From Minisyncoccota bacterium (GTDB lineage Bacteria; Patescibacteriota; Minisyncoccia; Phycocordibacterales; WO2-35-19), in NCBI GenBank assembly GCA_036517255.1, contig DATDXE010000014.1:9994-73993 (forward strand): a stretch of DNA of 64,000 bases, in the 5' to 3' direction. A model generated the notes under the pieces. It ran no database searches and was not told where the DNA came from. It saw only the letters and a list, made by a program, of their open reading frames with translations. The position numbers were made by a program, and so were the translations under genes. Positions 21,276-31,302 of the stretch are shown piece after piece (position 1 is the stretch's first letter; every line of letters starts with the position of its first letter).

Positions 21276-22472
21276 ATGAATGAAAAGGAGAAAATAGAAG
21301 AATTACTTACTCGTGGGGTAGCGAAGATTTACCCTAGTAAAGAGGAATTGGAGAAAGTTTTGCAGAGTGGCAAGAAAATAAAACTTTACCAAGGCTTTGA
21401 TCCAACCGGAGACAAACTTCATCTAGGTCACATGGTCGGTTTGCGTAAGCATAGGCAGTGGCAAGACTTGGGACATGAGGTGGTTTTTCTTATTGGTGAT
21501 GGTACTGGAGAGGCGGGAGATCCTACTGGCAAAAAGAAAACAAGAGAGAAATTTTTTACCAGTTCAGAACTTCGAGAAAATGCCAAAGGTTATCTTGAGC
21601 AAGCTTCCAAAATAGTGCGTTTTGACGGGCCGAATCCAATTAAAATTTTGTATAACGGTGATTGGCTAAATAAATTAACAAAAACAGACATTCTAAATAT
21701 AGCCGAGCATTTCTCAGTCCAACAGCTTATTGAGCGAGATATGTTTCAGGAACGTTTGAAAAACGGAGAGTCTATAAATGTTCGAGAGTTTCTTTACCCT
21801 TTACTCCAAGCTTACGATTCTGTAGAGATGGAGGTTGATTTGGAATTGGGGGGCACCGATCAGACTTTCAATATGCTTGCTGGTAGGAGTTTACTCAAAG
21901 CTATGAAAGGTAAAGATAAATTTGTCATGACAACCCCGCTTCTTTCTGATTCTAAGGGAATAAAAATCGGTAAAAGCGAGGGTAATGTGATCGGTTTAAC
22001 AGATGAACCAGCTGATCTTTTTGGTAAAATTATGGCCTTGGGTGATGATGCCGTTATACCTATGTTTAATCTACTGACAGATATATCGACAGAAGAAATA
22101 AATGGTTTTAATACAGATAAAGACGCTATGAATTTGAAAAAACGCGTCGCTACTATTATCATCGGGCAGTTGCACGATGAAGAGAAAGCAAAAGAAGCAC
22201 TAGCAAAATTTGAAAACACTTTTTCTAAAGGGGAGTTTCCAGAAGATGCGGTGGTAGTAGAGGCAGATAAGGAGGAGAAACTTATTGATGTACTGACAGA
22301 GAAAGGGCTTGTAACATCCAAGACTGAATACCGGAGGCTTGTGGAAGCTGGAGCTGTTTCTGACCAAACAAGTTTACCTGACACAAAAATCACTGATCCA
22401 AATGAAGCCGTAGGAAGAGAGAGAAAAATAAAAATAGGTAAGAAAACTTTTATTCTTCTTCGTCTTCGCTAG
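21276..22472 (+). CDS. tyrS: tyrosyl-tRNA synthetase
   Basis: YQGFDPTGDKLHLGHMVGL (HIGH region), KIGKSEG (KMSKS-like), C-terminal S4-like domain. Confidence 0.85.
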   Translation: MNEKEKIEELLTRGVAKIYPSKEELEKVLQSGKKIKLYQGFDPTGDKLHLGHMVGLRKHRQWQDLGHEVVFLIGDGTGEAGDPTGKKKTREKFFTSSELRENAKGYLEQASKIVRFDGPNPIKILYNGDWLNKLTKTDILNIAEHFSVQQLIERDMFQERLKNGESINVREFLYPLLQAYDSVEMEVDLELGGTDQTFNMLAGRSLLKAMKGKDKFVMTTPLLSDSKGIKIGKSEGNVIGLTDEPADLFGKIMALGDDAVIPMFNLLTDISTEEINGFNTDKDAMNLKKRVATIIIGQLHDEEKAKEALAKFENTFSKGEFPEDAVVVEADKEEKLIDVLTEKGLVTSKTEYRRLVEAGAVSDQTSLPDTKITDPNEAVGRERKIKIGKKTFILLRLR

Positions 22473-22628
22473 GGTCCTCTTCCTCCTCTTCATCATCATC
22501 TAGATCACCTAGATCGTCACCTTCTGCATCGTGTAAATTTAGATCAATTTCTCCTAAATCTTTTTCTTCGTCTGGCATGTTTAAATTTATTCTAACTTCT
22601 AATGTGTTTTTATTTTGCTTCAATCAAA

Positions 22629-23171
22629 TTATTTTTCAAATACTTTTTCCTTAAAGTTGTGGATAAGCGCTTCGGAGGTGAGGGCGATGGCGATGGCATC
22701 GTACTCATCATCGTATTTCAGATGCTTAGTTATTTTTAATATTTTCTCCAGCATAAAAATAATTTGTTTTTTGTCGCTCCTGCCATATCCTGTAACCGCC
22801 ATCTTTATTTCATTTGGATGATGCTCTGAAATTTGTAGACCTCTTGAAGCACTTTCAGCTATTATTAGTCCCCTTACTTCTGCCACTTTTAGAGCAGTCT
22901 TCACATTTTTACTAAAAATAAGAGTTTCGATGGCTAATACGTCAGGATCGTATTTAGTTATAACTTTTATTATTTTTTCTAAAACTAGAGCTAGACGTTC
23001 TGGATGGGGAAGCTTGCTATCTGTTTCAAAGCATTCTGAATGAATAAGTGTCGATTTTCTAGCGATGCTTTCTATGACTGCAATTCCTAGCCGGCCATAA
23101 CCCGGATCGATACCGAGAATTTTACTTTTAACTTCACTCAGCATTGGTGTAAACTTCTTGAACTTCATCAT
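22629..23171 (-). CDS. ruvC: crossover junction endodeoxyribonuclease RuvC (true start possibly Met at 23144)
   Basis: ILGIDPGYGRLGIAVIE N-terminal RuvC signature and acidic catalytic residues. Confidence 0.8.
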   Translation of the reverse strand: MMKFKKFTPMLSEVKSKILGIDPGYGRLGIAVIESIARKSTLIHSECFETDSKLPHPERLALVLEKIIKVITKYDPDVLAIETLIFSKNVKTALKVAEVRGLIIAESASRGLQISEHHPNEIKMAVTGYGRSDKKQIIFMLEKILKITKHLKYDDEYDAIAIALTSEALIHNFKEKVFEK

Positions 23172-23667
23172 TATCTTCCAGTTCTTCTATTAGAGTAGAT
23201 AGTTTTTCTCCGTCTGCTTCATTTACGTTTACTTTTATATTTGGAGTCCATTCTCCACTGGCACTTTTGGTAAAAGCCCACGAGGCGGCGCCGGGTGTAG
23301 CTAGTTCGTAACCATTTTCAGATAAAATGTGTTTTATTTCTTGTGCTGCTTTATTTCTATTATCTGTCAGAGCTTCTATGATGATAGCGCATCCTCCTGG
23401 GCCGTATGCTTCGTATGTAATTTGTTCCATTTCACCACTATCGCTACTCAAACCTTTTTTTATAGCCCTATCGATATTGTCGCTCGGCACATTTTCAGCT
23501 TTTGCTTTTTCTATAGCCGTGCGCAGACCGGGAGAGTTTATATCACCCTTAGCCTTCTTTGATTCTACTGTAATAAACCTCACAAGTTTAGAAAAAACTT
23601 TAGCCTTATAAGCATCAGTAACCGCCTTCTTATTCTTTATCTTTGACCATTTATTATGCCCGGACAT
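23134..23667 (-). CDS. yebC: YebC/PmpR-family probable transcriptional regulatory protein (short, 177 aa)
   Basis: MSGHNKWSKIKNKK... YebC N-terminal signature; conserved synteny with ruvC. Confidence 0.7.
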   Translation of the reverse strand: MSGHNKWSKIKNKKAVTDAYKAKVFSKLVRFITVESKKAKGDINSPGLRTAIEKAKAENVPSDNIDRAIKKGLSSDSGEMEQITYEAYGPGGCAIIIEALTDNRNKAAQEIKHILSENGYELATPGAASWAFTKSASGEWTPNIKVNVNEADGEKLSTLIEELEDNDEVQEVYTNAE

Positions 23668-23671
23668 ATTT

Positions 23672-24688
23672 TTAAAATAACTTATTTTTAGGAAAATCCA
23701 AGTCTAAGTGCTCATAACCTAGTTTGGTGAGGGTGCGGCCGCGGGGAGTGCGTTCGAGGAGGCCGAGACGCAGAAGGTAAGGTTCATTGAATTCTTCTAT
23801 GGTAGCTTCTTCTTCAGCTAGAGCGGCGGCTAAGGTGCCGAGGCCGACAGGGCCTCCTCCGAACTTATCAGCCATTACTTGGAGGAGCTTTCTGTCGGAA
23901 TCGTTTAATCCGAGATGGTCGATGCCTAGGAGTTTCAGGGCGTCATGTATAGCATCCTCATCTAACTCTTTTTTATAGACCTGAGCGAAGTCGCGACTTC
24001 TTTTCAAAAGATAGTTTGCTGTTCTTGGGGTGAAGCGGGCTCTCCCCGCTATTTTCTTGGCTCCTTCTTTACTCAAAGATACACCTAAAATTTTAGCTGA
24101 CCTTTCAATTATTTTTGATAACTCTTCTTCGGTGTAAAACTCTAATCGGAAAACTCCTCCAGAAAAGCGACTGCGAAGTGGGGAAGAGAGCATAGCGATG
24201 CGAGTGGTGGCAGCAATCAAAGTGAAAGGAGGGAGCTCCAGCTGAATAGTGCGTGCCGATGGGCCCTTGCCGATAATAATATCAAGTGAGCCTGATTCCA
24301 TAGCCGGGTAAAGTATTTCCTCTACGGTTTTATTCAGGCGATGTATTTCGTCGATGAAAAGAATATCTCCGGCAGAAAGATTGGTCAGGATAGAAGCTAA
24401 GTCTCCTACTTTTTCTATTGCTGGGCCGGAAGTAATTTTCATTTGCGATGAACTCTCTTTTGCAATGAGGTGAGCTAGAGTGGTTTTACCAAGTCCTGGA
24501 GGGCCATAGAATAAAATATGTTCTGGGGGATGCTTACGTTCTTTGGCAGCTTCCAAAAGAATGTGAACGTTTTTCTTTATTGTTTCTTGACCGATATATT
24601 CATCCCACTTCGAGGGGCGCAGTGTTTGATCGAGAAAATCACCGCTTGCTCCTTCCTCACGCTCTTCCTTTTTGGTGCTTTTAGCCAT
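23672..24688 (-). CDS. ruvB: Holliday junction branch migration ATPase RuvB
   Basis: LFYGPPGLGKTTLAHLIA Walker A, AAA+ and winged-helix C-terminus. Confidence 0.9.
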   Translation of the reverse strand: MAKSTKKEEREEGASGDFLDQTLRPSKWDEYIGQETIKKNVHILLEAAKERKHPPEHILFYGPPGLGKTTLAHLIAKESSSQMKITSGPAIEKVGDLASILTNLSAGDILFIDEIHRLNKTVEEILYPAMESGSLDIIIGKGPSARTIQLELPPFTLIAATTRIAMLSSPLRSRFSGGVFRLEFYTEEELSKIIERSAKILGVSLSKEGAKKIAGRARFTPRTANYLLKRSRDFAQVYKKELDEDAIHDALKLLGIDHLGLNDSDRKLLQVMADKFGGGPVGLGTLAAALAEEEATIEEFNEPYLLRLGLLERTPRGRTLTKLGYEHLDLDFPKNKLF

Positions 24689-24826
24689 ATGGAGACTTGA
24701 TTATAACTCAAAAAAGCCTCATTTTATCTCGGCTTGACATAATTAAGCTAGTATGCTATACTTCTGTTCGAGTTGAAATAAAGCAAGCTGTAAGGTATAA
24801 AACTCTTGCTTTCCAGAATCTTTCAC

Positions 24827-24995
24827 AATCAGCGGCATGAATCTCTAAGCAACGGAAGCCTTACGGCTTTTTGAGCGTTTCTGCGTGGACATTCTGGTAC
24901 TCTATTTCGGTAGAGTGTGCTGGAATTATCCTTGGCGAACCACTTAACTTTTGATGACTATTGAAAGTGTTGCTTAGAGATTCATGCCGCTGATT
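24827..24995. repeat. 27-bp perfect inverted repeat (aatcagcggcatgaatctctaagcaac / reverse complement) enclosing 115 bp with internal terminator-like hairpin; MITE-like element or structured RNA
   Basis: Left arm 24827-24853, right arm 24969-24995 exact reverse complements; internal gaagccttacggcttttt hairpin plus T-run at 24856-24874. Confidence 0.6.
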
Positions 24996-25058
24996 TTCTT
25001 TTAGCACTTTTTCTCTATAAGTTTAATTCTTCACATAAACTGTGCCGAATCAATTATT

Positions 25059-26738
25059 TTATCCCCATAGGTCGATTACTCGCTCCAACTCTTCTAATGA
25101 AGTTACTCCTTTTATTACTTTTATGACGCCATCCTGCTTCATGGTAAGCATGCCTTGATTTTCGGCGGCTTGATTTATCTCTCGTTCGCTTGGATTTTCT
25201 CTAACTATCTTTTCTATATTCTCGTCGGTAATAATAGCTTCGAATATTCCAATTCTGCCTTTGTATCCTGACATATTACACTTTTCGCAACCGCCAGGTT
25301 CAAAAAATTTTTCATAATGTAAATTATCTGCAAAAACTCTATCCTTTACGCCAGAGAGTATTTTGTCGACGATTTCTTTTTCTTGCGGTTTTGGAATGTA
25401 TTCTTTACGACAATCGGGGCAAAGCTTCCTTACTAGTCTCTGGGCCATGGCGATATTTATAGCTGAAGTAATAACTTTTGAGTTTACTCCGAGGTCTACA
25501 AGCCTGGGGAATGTGCCGGCGGCATTGTTAGTGTGTAGGGTAGAAAAAACTAAGTGGCCGGTCAAGGCAGCGTTTACTGCTATCTCTGCTGTTTCGCTGT
25601 CTCTAATTTCGCCGACCATTATGACATCTGGATCCTGACGCAAGGCGCTGCGCAAACCTTCGAGAAAAGTGTAACCTTCTTTTTCGTTTGTTTGAGTCTG
25701 CACTATTCCAGGAAGATGGTATTCAATCGGATTTTCGATGGTGATTATTTTTATATCAGGTGTGTGTATTTTTTTTAGGAATGCATAGAGAGTAGTGGTT
25801 TTACCGCTTCCGGTTGGGCCGGTGTTTAATATCATGCCATTTGGTTTGCGAAGCTCGTGCAATATATTTTCCAGTAATTTATCGGGGATACCAAGTTCTT
25901 CAAGAGGGACAGAGATAGCGTTTGGATTGAGGACCCTTAGTACCACTGATTCACTATAAGCGCCTGGGATGATAGAGGAACGTATTTCTATCTCCTCATC
26001 CCTTATCTTGATACTGAACCGGCCATCCTGAGCTTTTTCTTTGGTGTTCAACTTCATTTCCGAAGTTAGTTTGATACGAGAAATAAGTAATTTATAAGTG
26101 TCGCTGTCGAAGTTCAAAATATCTTTCAGCACTCCATCGAGCCTGTAACGCAAACGCACATAAGTGTCCTCTGGTTCTAGGTGAACATCGGAAGCGTTGA
26201 GAGCGATCGCTCCAGCTAAAATTATTTCTAGTATTTTCGATATACGGTAGCTTTTCTTCTGGGATAGAACTTCCTCGATCATTTTCTTCACATCTTCTAT
26301 ATGGCGAACATTTTCAGTGATGGAGAGTATTTCTTCGTTGGAAATATCAATCGCTCCTGATTTGGTTTCGAAAGAATAGGAAAGATCTTTGTAGCGCAAC
26401 CAGACTTTTTCTAAACTATCTTTAGAGGACATAAAAAGATTTGGGATAAAACCGCGTCTCTTCATATCCTCGATCACTTCGATTGTCATCGGATTGTTGG
26501 GAGAGAATATGGCTAAAGCTACTCTTTTGTCCACGATGTTAAATGGAGCCACTTCCGCTTTGCGAGCTACATCTTCCCTCACTACACGCAGAGCGTCGAT
26601 ATTGATAGGGGAGACAGAGAGGTCGATATAGGGCAAGCTATATTTTTTAGAAAGTTCTCGCGACAAATCTTCTTTTTCTGCATCGCGTATTTCATCCAAC
26701 TTCTGATTCTGCTTTTCTTCATTAAAAATAACAGTCAT
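25059..26738 (-). CDS. pilB: GspE/PilB-family type IV pilus assembly / secretion ATPase
   Basis: Walker A LNTGPTGSGKTTTLYA, Asp box, His box TGHLVFSTLHTNNAAG, N-terminal GSPII_E_N-like region, C-terminal CxxC...CxxC. Confidence 0.85.
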   Translation of the reverse strand: MTVIFNEEKQNQKLDEIRDAEKEDLSRELSKKYSLPYIDLSVSPINIDALRVVREDVARKAEVAPFNIVDKRVALAIFSPNNPMTIEVIEDMKRRGFIPNLFMSSKDSLEKVWLRYKDLSYSFETKSGAIDISNEEILSITENVRHIEDVKKMIEEVLSQKKSYRISKILEIILAGAIALNASDVHLEPEDTYVRLRYRLDGVLKDILNFDSDTYKLLISRIKLTSEMKLNTKEKAQDGRFSIKIRDEEIEIRSSIIPGAYSESVVLRVLNPNAISVPLEELGIPDKLLENILHELRKPNGMILNTGPTGSGKTTTLYAFLKKIHTPDIKIITIENPIEYHLPGIVQTQTNEKEGYTFLEGLRSALRQDPDVIMVGEIRDSETAEIAVNAALTGHLVFSTLHTNNAAGTFPRLVDLGVNSKVITSAINIAMAQRLVRKLCPDCRKEYIPKPQEKEIVDKILSGVKDRVFADNLHYEKFFEPGGCEKCNMSGYKGRIGIFEAIITDENIEKIVRENPSEREINQAAENQGMLTMKQDGVIKVIKGVTSLEELERVIDLWG

Positions 26739-26872
26739 AAATTAATTGTAACACATGACCTCACCCTGCCCTCCCCTTGTTTAAGGGGAGGGAATGCGGG
26801 ATCGGGTGTATTTTTTGTTTACCTTGCAAAAAAGCAGTGGGTGTGATATAATATATAGCAGAGGAGATTAGT

Positions 26873-27307
26873 ATGAAAACGAAATCTTTGGTTTTTACCG
26901 TGGTCATTTTGGCCATGGTCCTATCCACCGGCTGTCTAACCAAGGTGAGTGTGTCGGGAGGGCCCAATATCTATACCCCCTCGATCCCAATTCGCGGGGG
27001 GCTGTTTCCACCCCAACTCTTGCTCACCGTGAACAACATCACCACGTTTGTTCTGCGGGTGGACGCCATCTCTTCGGTCGACAGCGTCGCCGTAGAGATC
27101 GTTCAGGGGCAGAAGGCAAACTTGCCTTTCAGGCAGTTTTCGGGAGACTGCCGCGGGCTCAACGTGACGGTTGCCGCTCACAACCCGGAGACTGGGGCAT
27201 TTGTCACGTCCGTCACGCGGACGTACAATGTCTGCGGGGGTCAAAACTTGACCCAGTTCTGGGATGTTCGCCAGGCTGGGAATCAGCAACAAAACGCGAT
27301 CTTTTAA
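26873..27307 (+). CDS. hypothetical lipoprotein, GC-rich (atypical composition)
   Basis: Signal peptide with lipobox LSTGC; local GC clearly above flanks; followed by strong terminator. Confidence 0.5.
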   Translation: MKTKSLVFTVVILAMVLSTGCLTKVSVSGGPNIYTPSIPIRGGLFPPQLLLTVNNITTFVLRVDAISSVDSVAVEIVQGQKANLPFRQFSGDCRGLNVTVAAHNPETGAFVTSVTRTYNVCGGQNLTQFWDVRQAGNQQQNAIF

Positions 27308-27333
27308 GTTCCTCCCCCGACAGCTGGACAAAC

Positions 27334-27376
27334 CGCCTCGCGACATGGCCAAAGAGCTGTGCGCGAGGCGTTTTTC
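27334..27376 (+). terminator. Rho-independent terminator (stem cgcctcgcg/cgcgaggcg followed by TTTTTCTTT)
   Basis: 9-bp GC stem and T-run directly after lipoprotein gene. Confidence 0.65.
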
Positions 27377-27395
27377 TTTGTGCTAAAATGCCTTT

Positions 27396-27836
27396 ATGAA
27401 AGAGTATCTCTCCACAAGCACTGAAGAAACCGCCAAGATTGCTCATGATTTTGCTCGCTCCCTTTCCTTTGGAGAGCATCAAGGAGCGAGAGTAGTGGGG
27501 CTCTATGGTGAATTAGGATCGGGCAAAACTACTTTTATGAAATATGTGGCAGAGGCTTTGGGTGTTATCGAAACTGTTCAGAGCCCGACTTTTGTTATTA
27601 TGAAAATATACAAGACCTCACCCTCTAGCATCTTTTCCCATTTGATACACATAGACGCATATAGAATAGAAAAAGAAGAAGAGATGGTACATCTCGGTTG
27701 GTATGAAATAACAGCTCTCCCCAAAAATTTGATTTGTGTCGAGTGGCCAGAAAGGATAGAAGGAATAATGCCTCCGCATAACAAAGTGTTTTTCGAACAC
27801 GTGAATGAAAATGAAAGAAAAATTAAAATCCAATAG
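27396..27836 (+). CDS. tsaE: tRNA threonylcarbamoyladenosine biosynthesis protein TsaE
   Basis: P-loop GLYGELGSGKTTFMK typical of YjeE/TsaE. Confidence 0.75.
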   Translation: MKEYLSTSTEETAKIAHDFARSLSFGEHQGARVVGLYGELGSGKTTFMKYVAEALGVIETVQSPTFVIMKIYKTSPSSIFSHLIHIDAYRIEKEEEMVHLGWYEITALPKNLICVEWPERIEGIMPPHNKVFFEHVNENERKIKIQ

Positions 27837-30249
27837 TAATCAGAATAAAAAATTGGTCCTGCTTGATGCGCACGCTATTATCCATCGGGCATATCACGCC
27901 TTGCCTGACTTTGCGACGAGTAAGGGGGAGCCGACGGGAGCTCTCTATGGACTTGTCCTGATGGTACTTAAAATAGTGGCCGACCTAAAACCCGATTACA
28001 TCGTAGCTGCTTATGACTTGCCTAAACCGACATACAGGCATGAAGTATATAAAGACTATAAAGCCGGCAGAGTAAAAACTGATGATGCGCTCGTGGTGCA
28101 ACTTGAAAAATCGAAAGAACTGTGCGAAGGCCTTGGCATACCAGTGTATTCCAAAGAAGGCTTTGAAGCCGACGATGTACTCGGTACTATTGTAGAAGAA
28201 TTGAAAGGTGATTTAGCAAAATCGGGCATATCAGTGCCAGTAGACATAATTATTGCATCGGGTGATATGGACACGATGCAACTTGTGGGCAAGGGGGTAA
28301 AAGTATATACCTTAAAAAAGGGCCTAACAGATACTATTTTGTATGATGAAAAAGCAGTAAAAGAAAGATTTGGATTTGAACCTAAGCTCTTACCCGATTT
28401 TAAAGGACTTCGTGGTGACCCATCGGATAATATTATCGGTATAAAAGGTATAGGCGAAAAATCAGCCACAGAACTTATTGTAAATTTTGGTAGCATTGAA
28501 AATATATATAAAGAATTAGCGAAGAAAGGGGCGGAAGCTAAATTTGAAAAAGTCGGAATCAAAAAGAGGATAGTAGAACTTTTGAAAGAGGGTAAAGAAG
28601 AAGCGGAGTTTAGTAAAATGCTCGCAACCATCAGGCGAGACGCACCGATAGATTTCAAACTACCAGAGAAAACATGGAAAGAAGGGGTGGATTTGGCGAA
28701 AGCTAAGAAACTTTTTCAGGAACTGGAGTTCAGGAGTATGGGAGGGAAGTTGGAAGCGGTAATAGGGCAAGGAAATAAGCCCGCCCGCCTCGATAGCGAG
28801 AGCGTTTCGGGCGGGGAAATAAGAAAAGAAGAAAAGATTGAAGAAAATATAAACAGAGAAGAGTTGGAGGAGGCGAAGGTGGCGCTGTGGGTAGTGGATT
28901 CAAATAAGACTGATCCGAACTTGGAAGACATTTTGTTTTTTGGTAAGACGGAAGATTTCGCCAAAGCCAAAGAGGAGATATGGAAAGAGATGAAAAAAAG
29001 AGAAAGCGAAAAAGTTTTTGAAGAGATAGAGAGACCTCTCCTGCCTGTCATAAAAAAGATGCAGGAAAGGGGTGTGCTTATCGACGCTAAATTTTTGAGG
29101 GATTTGGACAAAAAATATTCCGATGAGCTTTTCGAGATACAGAAGAAGATTTGGCAGGAAGTGGGAGCGGAATTCAACATCAGTTCTCCGAAGCAACTGG
29201 GGGATGTTTTATTTAATAAATTGAAATTAGAAGTCAAAAATCAAAAGAAAACAGCTGGAGGGGCGAAATCGACCAAAGAATCAGAGCTTGAGAAGATGAG
29301 GGATTTGCACCCTATCATCCCTTTAGTTTTGGAATATAGGGAACTTTCCAAACTACTTTCTACTTATATCCAGCCGATACCAGAGCTTTTAGACAAGGAA
29401 GATAGACTTCATGCCACATTTATCCAAACCGGAGCGGCTACAGGCAGAATGGCTTCCAAAAATCCAAACATGCAGAATATCCCTATCGGCTCGGAGAGAG
29501 GTAGAGTGATAAGGAACGCTTTCCTAGCTCCCAAAGATTTCAAACTAGTAGCTTTCGATTATTCTCAGATAGAACTTCGGATCGCTGCATTTTTATCGGG
29601 TGATAAGAAACTCATAGATATTTTCAAAAGAGGAGAAGACGTACATACGGGCGTGGCCAGTTCTGTTTTTGGAGTCGCTCCTCTAGAAGTGACTAAAGAA
29701 ATGAGAAGAAAAGCCAAAGTGATAAACTTCGGCATACTTTATGGTATGGGGGTGAATGCTCTTAGGGTAAATTTGGGGACAGAAAGGAAGGAGGCCCAAG
29801 AATTTTACAATAAATATTTTGAAGAATTTTCTGGCCTAGCTAAGTACTTGGAAAGTACTAAAGAAGAGGCATATAAAAATGGATTTACCAAAACATTTTT
29901 TGGTAGGCGCAGATATTTCGAGGGCATCAAATCCAAACTACCTTTCATCCGAGCTTCAGCAGAGAGGATGGCTATAAACGCGCCTATACAAGGCACGAGT
30001 GCTGACATCATAAAAATTGCTATGAATAGAGTGGACGAGTGGGTAGAGAAAGAGGGGTTAGCAGGAAAAGTGTATCTGACAATGCAGATCCACGATGAAC
30101 TGATGTATGAGATAGAGGAAGGCGTGGTGGAGAAGGTGGTGCCGGAAATAAAAAAAATAATGCAGGACGTTATTTTACCTGACGATATTAGAGGAGTACC
30201 AATTATCGTCAATTCAAGCGTGGGTAATAATTGGGGAGAGATGAAATAA
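27805..30249 (+). CDS. polA: DNA polymerase I (5'-3' exonuclease + polymerase domains)
   Basis: 5' nuclease N-terminus LVLLDAHAIIHRAYHA; Pol A motifs DYSQIELRIAAFLSGD (A), RRKAKVINFGILYGMG (B), QIHDELMYE (C). Confidence 0.9.
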   Translation: MKMKEKLKSNSNQNKKLVLLDAHAIIHRAYHALPDFATSKGEPTGALYGLVLMVLKIVADLKPDYIVAAYDLPKPTYRHEVYKDYKAGRVKTDDALVVQLEKSKELCEGLGIPVYSKEGFEADDVLGTIVEELKGDLAKSGISVPVDIIIASGDMDTMQLVGKGVKVYTLKKGLTDTILYDEKAVKERFGFEPKLLPDFKGLRGDPSDNIIGIKGIGEKSATELIVNFGSIENIYKELAKKGAEAKFEKVGIKKRIVELLKEGKEEAEFSKMLATIRRDAPIDFKLPEKTWKEGVDLAKAKKLFQELEFRSMGGKLEAVIGQGNKPARLDSESVSGGEIRKEEKIEENINREELEEAKVALWVVDSNKTDPNLEDILFFGKTEDFAKAKEEIWKEMKKRESEKVFEEIERPLLPVIKKMQERGVLIDAKFLRDLDKKYSDELFEIQKKIWQEVGAEFNISSPKQLGDVLFNKLKLEVKNQKKTAGGAKSTKESELEKMRDLHPIIPLVLEYRELSKLLSTYIQPIPELLDKEDRLHATFIQTGAATGRMASKNPNMQNIPIGSERGRVIRNAFLAPKDFKLVAFDYSQIELRIAAFLSGDKKLIDIFKRGEDVHTGVASSVFGVAPLEVTKEMRRKAKVINFGILYGMGVNALRVNLGTERKEAQEFYNKYFEEFSGLAKYLESTKEEAYKNGFTKTFFGRRRYFEGIKSKLPFIRASAERMAINAPIQGTSADIIKIAMNRVDEWVEKEGLAGKVYLTMQIHDELMYEIEEGVVEKVVPEIKKIMQDVILPDDIRGVPIIVNSSVGNNWGEMK

Positions 30250-30250
30250 A

Positions 30251-30967
30251 ATGCTGTATTTAATAATCGGAGCGAATAAAGAAGGGGTAGATAGAGAAAT
30301 CGCTAAAGTGGCGAAAGGGGAGAGTATTTTGAAGATAGATAGCCTGTCGTGGGAGGTTGATATGGTGAGGGGGCTTATTGAGTCGAGCTCTTTGTTCGGA
30401 AGTGATGCAGAAGCTATCGTATTTGAAAGTGTTTTGGAGAATGAGGAAGCTAGGAATTTGATGGCAGGATTTGCGCTAAGGATGAATGGTTCCTCAAAAA
30501 AGTTTTTTATAGTGGAAGGTGAGACAGAAAAAGAAATGATAGAAGTCTTTGAAAAAGTTGAAGCAAAGATTTTTGATTTGAGAGAAGAGAAGAAAAATAG
30601 TTGGCAGAAGAAAGGGAAAGAAGTGGCGGGCTACAGTCCCTTCGCTTTGGGGGATGCTGTAGGCAAGGGGAGTGCTAAAGAGGCCTGGATAGAATATGTA
30701 AAAGCGAGAGGTTTTGGAGTGGGACCGGAGGAACTGCACTCACGGGTGTGGGGAAAGGTGAGAGATATGATCGCATCAGAGACTGCTCTTCCAGAAGAAA
30801 TAGGCATTCATCCCTTTGTTCATAAAAAAGCTAAAGCAGATTTGAGGAATTGGCCAAAATTAAAATTACAAAATTTCGCCGACTCGCTTGTAGCTATTTA
30901 TCACCTTGCGCGTATGGGAGGTGAGGACCTCGATGTGGCTTTGGAAAAAACTCTCCTTACCATCTAA
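30251..30967 (+). CDS. hypothetical protein (possibly DNA polymerase III delta-subunit-like)
   Basis: ORF coupled to polA stop; weak resemblance only. Confidence 0.3.
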   Translation: MLYLIIGANKEGVDREIAKVAKGESILKIDSLSWEVDMVRGLIESSSLFGSDAEAIVFESVLENEEARNLMAGFALRMNGSSKKFFIVEGETEKEMIEVFEKVEAKIFDLREEKKNSWQKKGKEVAGYSPFALGDAVGKGSAKEAWIEYVKARGFGVGPEELHSRVWGKVRDMIASETALPEEIGIHPFVHKKAKADLRNWPKLKLQNFADSLVAIYHLARMGGEDLDVALEKTLLTI

Positions 30968-30968
30968 A

Positions 30969-31301
30969 CTAGTATCTAAGTCGGAGAAAATTTATATTTT
31001 TTATAAAGCTGGTATTACGATAAGTAAAACGAGATAGACTGACAATACTCCAAGCAAAAACGGCTGCCAGGATGATTTGGGAAACAGCCTCAGTATTTTT
31101 GACTGCAGCGAGAATAAAATTTAAGGCTCCTTCAAGATTATCCTTGGGCAAGTTCTGAACAACATTTTGAATAGAGACAAAAGAAAAAAGCCAAAAAGCA
31201 AAAGCTAAAGGCAATGCATACTCTGCATTTTTCATAACAAAATTTTTACCGTAGATTATGTAAATGCGTCGCATGACGCGAGTTTGGAGTTCGATGTTCA
31301 T
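30969..31301 (-). CDS. hypothetical membrane protein
   Basis: 110 aa, two to three hydrophobic helices; downstream of ECF sigma gene, possible anti-sigma partner. Confidence 0.35.
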   Translation of the reverse strand: MNIELQTRVMRRIYIIYGKNFVMKNAEYALPLAFAFWLFSFVSIQNVVQNLPKDNLEGALNFILAAVKNTEAVSQIILAAVFAWSIVSLSRFTYRNTSFIKNINFLRLRY

Positions 31302-31302
31302 A

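Noticed and set aside
22450-22578. 42-aa acidic minus-strand ORF (MPDEEKDLGEIDLN...EDEEE) overlapping the tyrS 3' end
   Set aside because: Its acidic tail is the reverse complement of the Leu/Arg-rich TyrS C-terminus and it has no independent signals; probably fortuitous.
22650-22670. Perfect DnaA-box tgtggataa
   Set aside because: It lies inside the ruvC coding region far from dnaA and is isolated, so it is unlikely to be origin-related.
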